This document shows positions 12,153 through 23,913 of a stretch of DNA of 64,000 nucleotides, one piece after another; position 1 is the first letter of the stretch, and each line of letters opens with the position of its first letter. The stretch lies in NCBI GenBank assembly GCA_051362555.1, contig CM120646.1, positions 2,170,001-2,234,000 of the forward strand, written 5' to 3'. Made by a program: the position numbers and the translations under genes. This stretch comes from Lingula anatina (lineage: Eukaryota > Animalia > Brachiopoda). A model generated the notes under the pieces. The model did no database searches. It saw only the letters and a program-made list of their open reading frames with translations, and had not been told where the DNA came from.

Positions 12153-12430
12153 CTGGAAATGAAGAATGCTTGTTTGTAATAATTCCATAGTTTAACAGTA
12201 TAAAATGTTATCACTCTATCTATTTTGCAGAATAAAAACTTTTAGTGTTTTTAGAAAGATTTCATAAAATAATCAAACTGATTATATTATCACTGAAAAA
12301 AAAGGCTGATAACATTTTTCCTCGCTTTCTCATTTATTTCTTACAGCTCATGATATCTTAAATGGACTTTCAGACACCAATACCCTGTTTAATAAGGCAA
12401 ATTACAAATGAAATTAAATGGATCACGTAC

Positions 12431-12550
12431 CTCGTGCAAGGACATGGGCTTGTCGTTCTTTCTCTTAGAATCGAAGCGCCCATAGATAGCAGCATACTTT
12501 CGTACCAGATCCATGCGGTCTGGATGACTGGGATCCATGTTTATCACCTC
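12431..12550 (-). CDS. NAB: NAB core exon 5 (NCD2; not in ORF track)
   Basis: EVINMDPSHPDRMDLVRKYAAIYGRFDSKRKNDKPMSLHE contains the NCD2 hallmark RKY.AIYGRFDSKR...SLHE; ttttaag| acceptor and GAG|gtacgt donor. Confidence 0.95.
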
Positions 12551-15500
12551 CTTAAAATAAATCATAGAAATAACGTCAATCCACCATTACACCTTATACA
12601 TATTACTTCAAAGACATTGTATTGGAATGTCTGAAATGGTATGGAACATACTGCCGCTCAACTTGCATCAAATAGTGTCAAAAGATGGTTTTATAAAAGA
12701 ACTGAAAACATATCTTTAAAAAAAATTAACAACTGAAGTTGTTTTAAGTGTAAATGTTATTTGAAAAGCATCCTTTAATTTGACTTTGTAACTATAGTTT
12801 TATAGCTTGTTTTTGATATTACAATATTTTAGCATTTCATTGTAAAATCTACTGAACTTTTAAGGATTTAAGTCTTTAAATTAATAAATATTTTTATTAT
12901 TTTATTATTATTATTAGAAGAAGAAGAAACCACGAAGAAATGTCTATGTGGACTTGAGACCGGGGATCTGAGAACCAAGAAAAGAATCAAGAAAACCTTG
13001 GACTTCCAATCAGAAGTGAAACAAAAATGTCTGAATTTAGGCTATGACAAATATAGGTCATTATCAATTTAAGTATTGCAATGTTTAAATCTTATCTCAA
13101 AATAAAAATAACAAGGAAAATAAGTGGTGAGCTATTAATATGTTAAATTTGTCAGGTTAAAAAAGGACTAAAAACTGGATGGACAGAAGAAAAGCTGATA
13201 AATTCAATGTTTTCATTGCCTTTTTGCCTTTATTAAAAACCCTTTATGTTATTTTTTACAGGATAAAACATTCACACCTGTCATAAAAGGTTTAAAACAA
13301 TGTGCTACAATTGGGCCAGCATAGATTCAATGCACAAATTCCAAAAAGAGTGAATCGAATATCTGTATTTAATATTTACCATATAAAAACAGTCTACCAT
13401 TACCAAGGTCTCTCTCCATACAAAGGGTGGCTGCTGTGCTTTTTCATTTTTCTTTCTTTTATTTTTCTTTATTATTTTTATTATTTTATTATTATTTATT
13501 TATTTTTTTTTTTTTTTTTGCATTTATTATGTGAGATACTGTATTTTCCAGGAAGATCTATATACACTGCTCTATCTGCATATTAAACAAAGAGCTCCAC
13601 AAGTTTTTATCTTCAAAATCACCCTCATACATTTTCATTTCATTTTTTTGCACTTCAACTCACTATCATGTCATGGCCAAATAAAGTAAATCTTAATCAC
13701 GAGCAATTCTTCTCTTTAGTCTGCTTAAAAAATAAAGAGCTTATTACCATTCCGTCATAATCACACCACCCATAGACCAAGGCCATATAAGCTCAAATAA
13801 AAACCAAGCCAAAAATATCCCCGCACAGAAAGCCATATCATTCATTATTTCTCTCTCCTAACCATACTCCAGTCGTATCACTTTAAAGTGACGCAGTTTT
13901 GACGCACTGCTTTTGTGACTCATTTCCTGAGCCCACCCCCATAAAGAAGAAAAAAAACTCCACACTGCTGTTACATACAAATTTAATGTGTCTTACTTTC
14001 ATCTTACTTTCTCTGTTGATATGTTTATACAGATCATCTGTGGAAATTTGATGAATCAATTCTCGTTTCTTTAATTCAATACAAAACAAATGGACTTCTG
14101 CAGATGTCACGAAAGGAATGTTTGGAGGTGGGGGGGGGGGTACTTAATTCCACTTCTTTCATTTTGCCACGTTGTCACTGTTATATAAAATGCTTTTAAT
14201 TTGTTGGTCTACCACCCACATCAACAGTTCCTTAAAAATATTTGTATTTTGGAAAATCAATATTAAAAGTGAAACATAATACAACGGTACTGTACAACAC
14301 ACACATATTCATGCATGAATCAGAGTGCTTTTTATATGATAATCTTTTCTTATTAACTATCATCTGACAACAAATCCGGTAGATATCTACTAGATTATGC
14401 GTACCATGTCCAAGAAGTCACCTGTTATCTCATATAACTTCATGTTGCCACTACATGTATCAAGGAAGGTAGAACACCAGCAAACAACTTGTGAGATAAT
14501 ACACTGTCACTCAAGCAATATATGCCATGAACACCTCTCTCTCTGACACCCTTCAAGGCACATTTTGTGAGAGGGTGTCTGTTTATCACTTGACATACAT
14601 ACCATGAGAAAGTGCTAGTATTTCACGGAAAAACACCCCTTAAACTGAATAAAGTCTACATTTCCGCAGTCATGTAACATCTCTAGGTATGTATTTAAGC
14701 TTATTATGTCAGGGCTAATCAGCCACAGTCTTAGACTTGAGACAAATTGAGTCAAAAAACCCACCACCAGTTCTCTTAGTGCTATGAAATCTTTGGTAAA
14801 TTGCTTTTATCAATTGTATGGTGATTTTTATTGTGTTCCTGTAAGTGTTTCAGTGTAAGTGTAAACACACCCTTTGAAATGATAAATTTGGAAAGCAGAT
14901 GGGACGTGTGTCAAGAGTCGGCCATCTTGGTTCAGATCTACAATGCTCCACCCAGATAAACTCGTTCCCCTTTCTAGTGTTAAGTATTCTATTTTTACTA
15001 CATGCAAATATTTAAGTTTCCAAGTCTATGGTGGAACCTCCGCATATAAAGTTATTTTTATTCCGGAATTTTTTGTTACTATTATTATTGGGTGCAAATA
15101 TCAAAAGATAAAAAAATTCTTATGAAATTCATCAAACACCCTTAAAAAAAATTAATATTCAAAGTAATTATCTTCAAAAATAACAGAATGTTTTCGTCAC
15201 AAGATCCCCCCCCCCCCCCCCCCCCCCCCCCACTACCTTTCAAGGCAAAAGCTAACAGAACTACACGGTTGTCATCATTCCTCATCTTCAGAAACTTCTC
15301 CATGAAATGAAGCAAAGGAAACAAAAGAGATACCAGTCTGACAGTGTAGTCTATAAAAGTCTTTTTAACAAGTAATGCACAAGTAATGCACCCTTTCCCC
15401 AATGCCTCGGTGTAAGTTTTCCTCAATTCCTATGGTCAGGTTTCAGTCATTTCCCTCTCCCCCACACTCCAACAATAATGGGTTCTTTGCATGGTCTGAA

Positions 15501-18500
15501 CGAAGAAGTGGGCGGTGAGGAAAAAAATCAAATGTGGTTTTGTGCACTTTTTTTTGCAGTAGAACTATTGCTACCTTACACGCTTTTATCTGCTACCAAA
15601 AGTAATAGTGACTTTTAATTTTTTCCTTTTGTTTAAATGAAAATGATGAAATAATAAACTGTTGCAGAAACATTCAGTTATTCATAACGTTTCAGCTTAT
15701 GGTAATGGCTTGAACATTTCAACCAGAAAAAATTAACAATTTTTCAAATACATAATTTAGGAATCATAAAAAATACATTTCTGTGAAGCATTTTATGAAA
15801 AAGAAATATTAGGTAGTCTGCTTTTCAATTTGTTGTTTCCACTCAATAGGAATGTTTTAATTTTATGACTTATTACTTGAAAAAATTAAGTTTCTATAAA
15901 ATTCACAAATTTCCCAGTTGAAATTATTGAGTCAAAACCATATTGATAAATTTTATTTTCAAGAGTCTAGGATGAATCATGGTTTGTAATATTCTATTTA
16001 AACACTTACATATGAGGCAAAAAATGAATGTTTGCAGCTAAGTTTCAATGTGGATAAGTTATCAGATATTATTCATTAAGCACAAAGTCTTTTTTAAAAG
16101 TGTAAGCCTTCAGTTGGCATCTGTCCCTATATAGCAAGTCCTTTGCAGCTCCAAGTGCCTACTTTTTTAAACAGGAAGTTCTTAAAAACACACATTAAGA
16201 AAAAGAGAAAAAAGGGTTACAAATTATTTCCCACAGTTTTCCCTCCCTTTTTAGAAGTGGCTCTGCATGTGAATGAAGTGCTTTCTGCTTCTCAATTGGC
16301 TTTATATAAAATAAAGTGGGTCCACTCAATATCCCATTGCTTAAACAGTTCATATTTGTACAAATTTACTTTGATTTGATAAGAACCGTTTTGAATTATA
16401 TTTGAAAATTAAAATTATTCTAGATGTGATGCAAGCTTCAAGGTGTTATATGAAACTAAATGCAGCTAAATTTACACCTCATTTCTAACCAGTTGATAAA
16501 AAAACTCTTACAAAGAGAACTATAATTTTCCAATTTCTCCTTTTATTAACCCTTTCCATATTCCAAAATGTATTTCCAACAAGCTGTGTACACAGGATTT
16601 CTAACCACCCTGACTAGAAACAACAAAATCAAATCAACTTAAAAAGCAAGCAATTCCCCCAGTGCAGATAAGCTGGGGTCACCATTACAACCATTTCACT
16701 TGATAACACGTTCCAGTGAAAAAAATCCCCACAGATTTCTTGGCATCAGAATAAGATTATTAAATTTTAATTCTGGATATTTATAACATATCAATAAGAA
16801 GGATGCTGCTAATATTCATTTTCGAAATTATTTGAAAATAGTGAAAAAGATAATGCAATAACATACTTAATGTAAAATGCTGTTTTGAGCCATTGCATAA
16901 ATGCTCTGTTATGCACAATAAGTTAAAACAGCTGCATTTTGCAGGAAATTTTTTACAAAATTTTTTGAAGTTCTTTAGGTATTCAAACATAAACTACCTA
17001 GAGAAATGACTGACAGTTGCAAAGCATGGTGGGTAAATCAAAGGAATGAGAAAACATCATGTAAACAACATCATGTACTTTTTAAATATCGCAAAATCGT
17101 TTTTGCAATGATCTTGATAAAATTTGAGTGTAATAACTACAAAAACTGACAATTTTAACAATTCTCTAACAATTCCATTTCTAGAACTTCATTATCACTT
17201 CATTCAGATGGCCTCGAAACTTTAAGAATATGTTTTACATTTTTAATATCAACCTTTTGAAAATATTAAGTCTGTCAACGTGTCTCAAACTTGTAACAAA
17301 ACTTTTGAATGATGCGATAAAATAATTGTCACCACTCCTATTAGGTAGATAGACTTCAAATGAATCTATTAAATTAACCTCATGTTCTTCGGGATAATCA
17401 TATGTAAATAATGCATATATCTGACAAAGACTAAGTAAACTTCACTTAAACATTTTGGTACAATTCCTCTAATAAAAAAACTATGTTAACAAGATTATGG
17501 CTTATGTTATATAAATAAATTAAACATTTTACAATATAACTTTTGTCCCTTTTTCATCTTTGAAGGAAGACTCAATTTTCCATTATAAATATAAGACAAA
17601 GCCGTAATAACTACAAGTCATGACTGACAGCAGATCAAGATTTCAGAGTATCCCGAATTTCAGATCTTTGGAGAGTATGAGCATTATATTAAAGTCTCCA
17701 TAACATCTAAATATGAAAAGGCAAAATTATCCTCTTGTTTACATGTGCTGAGTTTATATTCACAATTACCGTTATTTACATTACAGCGAATAATGATCAT
17801 CATAAACCTTGGCCTTTGTTTCCATGCAAGCAATTATATGTACACTGTAATGCGCTATACCCAATTGTTCCCTCAAATAATATATATTGCCATAAAATTA
17901 TTTCGTTTTCTAATTCATACACCTAATGTAAAGAATTAGTCACTTTACAGGAATAAAGTTTCTGTCAAAAGAATTTAACATTGTGTTTGTCTTAATCCAA
18001 ACGTTTTAGTTCTTCTGCTGTAATACTAATTGCATACCAAGGAATGTATTAGTCTCTTCCTACTGCAAAATCATGAGTGCAACGGAGTTTTATTCAATAT
18101 TTTGTTCATACGCCATTAATCATGGAAAAAGTTTCATAGGCAAAAAGATCCCTCAGTTTCTAAACACCAAAATAATAGAGTTCAGAATATACTTAAGCTT
18201 GTAACTTATGTGTAGCATATTAATCTAGTCATAATCAAAGAAGACTGCCATGATCTACTGTCACTTTTGCGTCGCCTACTGGTCTAGCGTAAAATGAGAT
18301 GCGTCCCTAAGTCCCTAAAGCCAGATCCATGACAAACTTTTTTTCCATATATCGAAAAACTTCTCTCCAACTCTTTCATCTCAATGGCACACAATTTTGG
18401 GAGATCTTTTATGAGTCTGGAACATTTCATTTGATGAACTTCTTCCAGATATTTGGTGAAAAAAATCGAAACTATAAATTCTAAAATGAATAGTTTGGTC

Positions 18501-18700
18501 AACACAAAGTGGATTTTAAAGCCACAACCATGTGGTCTATTCGACTAATGCTTTTAATGATATCCAGCTTCTGTAACTGCAGAGAGCAATTTCTAAGAAT
18601 GCCCATAGCATATAATAACTTATGTGCACCTTATTTCGAACACCAATCATAGGCTTCCATTGCTAAAACATCCACAGTTTCAACACCAATTACTTTTTGT

Positions 18701-19642
18701 TTAAGCATCGTCTGCGGCTGCAATAGTATCGTCTGAGCCTGCCATAACAGCAGAAGCAGTAGCACCACTTGTAGTATCAGCAACATCATACGAATCATTG
18801 TTACTGTCATGGCTACTGTCATTGTCAGCACTGTCATGTTCATTAGTATTATTAGCAATATTGCTATCATTGGTACTGTCCTGGGTGTCGTCATGACAAT
18901 AATCTTCATTGACTTCGACAACATAATCATCCACTTTGACTGGATAGCCATCCCCACTATCAGTCGATGCCATTTGAACTTTCAATGGTTTCACAGTGGC
19001 AGATTTACGAAATGTCACCTCAGGATGGCGGGTCCGAAATCCCTCAAACCAATCATATCCTGCAATGCCATTACGAAAGGGATGGCTTCTCCCGCTGGCA
19101 TCAGCAATTTCATAGGCCTTCCTCCTGACGTCTAGGCCTGACACGCCCTTACCCTGCTCTCTACTCTGCTGCATGTACTCCACAATGAGCTGCTCTTCCT
19201 CCATAGAGAGAATGGTGCGGGACGTCTTTGTTGTGCCCGTACGGTTGGCGTTATGCTTCCCATAAGGCAACTCAGGGTGACGGTTTTTAAACCCCTCGAA
19301 CCAATCAGCGCCTGCAATACCATTGCTAAATGGGTGAGACCTACCGCTGTCTTCGGCCAACCTGTATGCCATTCGACGGCAGTCCATCCCTGTCACAGTC
19401 TTCCCCGAGGCTCTCTTTTGGAAACAATACTCAACAATCTGCATTTCTTCTTCTGGCATGAGAATCGTTCTAGGACCTGGTCTACAAGATGGCGGCAGCC
19501 TCCCAGCAATCCTCCGCTGAATGGCATCTCTAGGTATCCCATAAGCCTCGGATGCTTTACGGATGGACAGCTTTCCCGCTGCAATGGAGTCGCATGCAAC
19601 TTCCATGGTTTCCTCGTTCCAGTGTCGCCGTGGTGATGGTTT
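18701..19642 (-). CDS. Pipsqueak HTH + 2x CENP-B/Tc5-type HTH + acidic tail; probable alternative last exon of NAB (pogo/Tigger-type DNA-binding module)
   Basis: RHWNEETMEVACDSIAAGKLSIRKASEAYGIPRDAIQRRI (psq pattern); two RTIL..EEE..IVEY...G......RR.AY..A...GRSHPF.NGIAG.DWFEGF..RHPE repeats; frame opens exactly at cttcttgctgcctag| (19643-19644), phase 0; no DDE domain. Confidence 0.85.
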   Translation of the reverse strand, partial: KPSPRRHWNEETMEVACDSIAAGKLSIRKASEAYGIPRDAIQRRIAGRLPPSCRPGPRTILMPEEEMQIVEYCFQKRASGKTVTGMDCRRMAYRLAEDSGRSHPFSNGIAGADWFEGFKNRHPELPYGKHNANRTGTTKTSRTILSMEEEQLIVEYMQQSREQGKGVSGLDVRRKAYEIADASGRSHPFRNGIAGYDWFEGFRTRHPEVTFRKSATVKPLKVQMASTDSGDGYPVKVDDYVVEVNEDYCHDDTQDSTNDSNIANNTNEHDSADNDSSHDSNNDSYDVADTTSGATASAVMAGSDDTIAAADDA

Positions 19643-20469
19643 CTAGGCAGCAAGAAGACGCTGAGTGTCACTTTACTACACACAAAATTCTAGATATTTG
19701 GATTATTCACAATTTTCTTAAACAAGCTTTTGACCTCTGTTTAGACATGTTGGACTTTACAAAATCAATATCTATCATTCAGTATTATCAAAATATATTA
19801 ACAGACTCGCAACAGAAAGCAGAGACCAAAAAAACTTAGCACTCTGCTACATTAAACACTTAGCCTTACATATGGAATCTTAAATTCTGAGCGACTACCT
19901 TTATTTATTAACAGCGCATCATTATTATTCTTATTGTTTTAACATTTTTGGGCACTTGCCCTCTAGTGCTGCACACTGAGATGACCCAAACTATCGACTA
20001 ACTCTTCACAGTATTACAATTACATATCAGCATCTTGTACCACCACAATTGTAGCAATAGGGATAATAATTTCAGTGAGCTAGTACTTACAATTGAAATG
20101 ATCCAAGATTCATATTATCTTAATTTTAGGTTATTCAGAGGGTTGGTTAGAAATGAGATGTATTGCTGCATTTTATTTCGAATGTTTCTTTCATTTATTG
20201 AAATCTTTATTTGTTTGTCTTTTTTTAATTCATGCGTTTTAGCTGAATTTTGAATGTGGCTGTTAAGCGTGTTGTCTTTTAGTGTGTACCTTTTCATTTT
20301 TGTTCTTTTTTCCCTTTAGCAGTAGCCAGCATAAACTTCAATTTTCTGTTCATTTTTTTTTCTTTTTTTTTTTTTTTTTTTGTGACATCATTTCCATAGC
20401 CATAACATTTACATCAACCCTCATATCTTTACTCTTTTCAAACAAAAAAAAAGTTGACAGTAAACCTAC

Positions 20470-20637
20470 CTCTATTTCCTTGTTAATCTGCTTTCTCATG
20501 TTCATTGGCTTTGGTTCAAACTGCGGTAAAGTTGGCACAAGTTTTTCTGCAGCCTCTGCGATAGCTGCAATTTGGCTTTCTACGAGAACAGGTGTCGGAA
20601 TGGGAGAATCACTATTGCGTTTCAGATCAGCATCGTC
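20470..20637 (-). CDS. NAB: NAB core exon 4 (start of NCD2)
   Basis: ttttgcag| acceptor, GAG|gtaggt donor, phase 0-0; PVLVESQIAAIAEAAEKLVPTLP...KQINKEIE. Confidence 0.9.
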
Positions 20638-21722
20638 CTGCAAAAACCAGAAAATTATCTTTTTGATATTCAAAAATAAAGTCAAATTAACAAATAAAGT
20701 ATGTGCAAAAACAGTGCCAACAGCACATCTGGATGATACATTAGTGGCAAAAAGACAAGAGAAGCTGGGGAAAATATGTAAATAGAAAATGGACGAAAAG
20801 TGAAACAAACAAAAATAATATCAACAATTAACAGCAATTACATGGTCAGGAAATGACAGGCTGTTATAAAGTGATTTTGACAGCTTGATTATTTTCACCT
20901 TCAGCAGTTAAGCAAATAGCCCAATTTAATTCCTTTATGTCTAATTATCAACAAGCTTAAATATCTAGCAGAATTTTCACAATTCAATCAATCAAAAGCA
21001 GAATAAGTGAAAAGATGTTGCTGAAACAATAGGAAAGAATTTTGTGTGGTTTGACATGTAAAAAATTAATTTCTTTGAAATTCATGATAATCATACCTCT
21101 ATGTTGAAATCATGATATTTCCTTTTTACACATTTCATGAATGTTTCAGTGCTATGAAGGTTAGATCGATAAAATTGTAAAAAGACATCAAATTTAAAAT
21201 CCAGCAATATGGTTAGAACAAAAGTGATACAATCCTAAACTGAAACTGCACTTTAACTCCAAGTGACAGATGTTGTTTGGAGAAAGTATTGAAGAAGCTT
21301 TTGAGTGCAAAAATTCTCCTATCAATGACTTGCCATGTCACTTATTAGAGTGAGCAGAAAATACTGTTGTTACATATTACTAATTTTGGAAATTTACAAA
21401 ACAATATTTTTTCAAAAGGTTTCACTTCATACCAGTTAAGTGTGACACATGAAAAAGGCTACAATATGCCTACTTTCTACCTTACCATGTATTCCAAAAA
21501 AAGAAGAGAGAATTTGTGTGCTTACAGACTTATATGAAAAAGGCGAAAACTTCCAGGTTCAGATAACACAGTAACAGTAACAAGTCAATATGAAAACCAA
21601 CAGGCACCTAAAATGGCTTATGCAACAGCAAAAAGAGAAAGGAGAAAAAACAAACACACAACAATACCACGTCATAAAGCACAGCAAAACAAAACACAAC
21701 AAACGCACACGCTACTGGATAC

Positions 21723-21818
21723 CTGGGCTGTGAAGCATATCAGGGACTTTTTGACAACATTATTTAGTTGTTGTTCTACAGACATACACAAGGGACCCCG
21801 AAGATCACAGCTAACTCC
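21723..21818 (-). CDS. NAB: Candidate NAB cassette exon (96 nt, phase 0-0)
   Basis: Long pyrimidine tract then ttttatttccag|, CAG|gtatcc donor, open in frame (GVSCDLRGPLCMSVEQQLNNVVKKSLICFTAQ). Confidence 0.4.
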
Positions 21819-22634
21819 CTGGAAATAAAACGCATGCAGGAAACATAACTGAGAGAAGAGAAGCAGGGAGGAGAGAGAACGGAACTTGTAGCAACCAACT
21901 TACACTTTCAGTTTGCAGCTGAGCTATCAACCTCACCGGCGCAATTAAGAGTTCTGAATTGCAATACAAGTGTTTGACTTTTTCTACCATCTCCAAAGTT
22001 TTGTTGTTTTTTTTTATTTTGCTCAGATGCTAGGTCCTGAAAGTGAAGTTGAGCTTTAAGATAAAAGTGGGTGCAAGACTTGAGAAGGGGGAAAGCGTAG
22101 GGGAAGGAGAAAGGGGAGGACAAAACAAAATGAAAACCCTTCATGAAATCTGCAATTTAAACTTCAATCAGGTTGTCTTTCCCGTTACGAAATGTTTGAA
22201 CCCAACAATCCTGTCAATTATCTCATTTTCTTAAATCACAGATCCAAATATTAATTTATAGTATGTCATCTGAAAGACAATAAAAAGTTCTGCAGTTTTC
22301 ACTCTAGTTTACAAAGTAAGTTTGTAAAGGTATACAGCATGCAGGAATACCATAAGACATTATGCTACGGGAACATAAATTCATAAATAAACAAAATATA
22401 ACACAAAAATTCACTAACACAGCCACATAAAATCCTTCATACAGCTTAGGATTTTTCCAGAAAAACTGTCCTGAAGTCTATGAGCAAGCAGCCACTTGAT
22501 AAGTCACAGGTGGCAGGGTTAATCTGATATCTGGTCATCTTCGGACCAATTTTAGGCCGATTTATGGTCTAAATTAGCCCTGGTCTGAATGCGGCTTCAG
22601 CCACTCACTCAAAACACACTCAGGTGACACTTAC

Positions 22635-22885
22635 CTGATGATTGCTGTCTTCTCTTAAATTCAATACTGGCGATAGCCCCGCCCCTCCGCCAGACGGGCT
22701 TGGACTAAGAGAGTTGGTCGGCCTGGCTGGCTGAGGATTCCACGTTGGAGCCGTTACTACATTTGGTCCACTACTAGAGGGGTAAATGGCGGAGAGGCCA
22801 CTTCGTACTGAGGTGGTCAAAGGGCTAGGTTGAGCTGAACCGCCCGAGGTCGGCGATGAACCTGTGTGGGGCTGCTGGAACAGGG
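22635..22885 (-). CDS. NAB: NAB core exon 3 (end of NCD1 and S/P-rich linker)
   Basis: ttcctctag| acceptor phase 1, CAG|gtaagt donor phase 0; ALFQQP continues DWVANP as in vertebrate NAB. Confidence 0.92.
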
Positions 22886-22940
22886 CTAGAGGAATAGAAA
22901 AAAAAAAAAATTGTGCAATTCTAAAGATATACAAGAATCA

Positions 22941-23109
22941 AAGGCTGTATTCAGAACAGTGGACTAACTAGGTCAAATATGGCAAACCAACTAAAAAGCT
23001 CGCCATCTAATCAGCTAATAGACACTGAATAGATTCCCTGTGGGAAAGTATTCAAGCTGGTCAACCATATTTGATCTGCAGACTTGTTAGCCGCTGTTGT
23101 GAATGTGTC
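22941..23109. mobile_element. Palindromic MITE, family A (diverged copy)
   Basis: ggtcaaatatggc...ccatatttgatctgcagac arms shared with copies near 23795, 31960, 41200 and 48003. Confidence 0.7.
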
Positions 23110-23588
23110 CAAAGAGACAATTTTTGGTAAAACATGCCAATTAAGTAATACATCAATCATTATGCCTTCTATTACTAAAATGAATGCTATTAATCACAGG
23201 ATTTTACTCTGTAACATTTTTATCATTTAGGATGCAGTACCAGTTCATTTCACAATAACTGTGTACTACAAGAGATGGACACATTATTTGTTTATAAGAT
23301 TCCTTCAGCCAAAACAAAGACATTTGCATAAGCTTTTTTTTTTTTTTTTTTTTTGAAACTCATTTTTTTTAATCAGTTATTGCCAAGAGGCCCTAGGTGG
23401 AAGACTAGAGTAAAATTTGCTTTCAAGTTTATTTTCACAATATAACCAATTATAACTACTTCAAAGCTACACAAATTGTACTTATACACGTCTTGCATTA
23501 CCATCTCCTCTTGTGACCTCAACCTCAGAGCCATCTAGTGAGTAAAAAAATCTAACAACTAGGAGGACTAATCCTTGGGATGTTTTAC

Positions 23589-23726
23589 CTGGATTTGCCA
23601 CCCAGTCCTGTAGCGCCTTCTGTAACCTGCGTACATGCAGGGGTTTGCTGGCCATTCCAACGAGCGCCATGATCTCCAGAAACTCTTCCTCCCCCGCCTC
23701 GCACAGTTGCTGAACATCATCCCCTC
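23589..23726 (-). CDS. NAB: NAB core exon 2 (NCD1)
   Basis: [46 protein letters not shown] is essentially the NCD1 consensus; canonical splice sites. Confidence 0.97.
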
Positions 23727-23794
23727 CTACGATTAAAGAGAAAACATTTAGTATTGATGACAAAGGGCATTTTCAGAACAAGCGGAATGACAAA

Positions 23795-23913
23795 TCTGCA
23801 GATCAAATATGGCCGACCCACTTGAAAGCTTATGCCAATCCCATAATAGTTACTGAACAGATTCGCCATATAATACGTTTTCAAGTGGATCAACTTTGGT
23901 TGTGAATGCGGCC
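23795..23913. mobile_element. MITE family A, partial copy
   Basis: gatcaaatatggccgacccacttgaaagctt...ttcaagtggatcaactttggttgtgaatgcggcc. Confidence 0.75.

Noticed and set aside
18701-19606. Active pogo/Tigger transposase gene
   Set aside because: No DDE catalytic domain and no TIRs noticed; the frame starts at a splice acceptor and ends in a low-complexity tail.
18631-19839. Other ORFs overlapping the psq/HTH exon on both strands
   Set aside because: Alternate-frame or antisense shadows without recognisable motifs.
21904-22036. Additional NAB coding exon (tttcag| ... |gtaagt)
   Set aside because: 133 nt with an in-frame TGA in phase 0; at best a poison exon, and nothing in the sequence supports its use.
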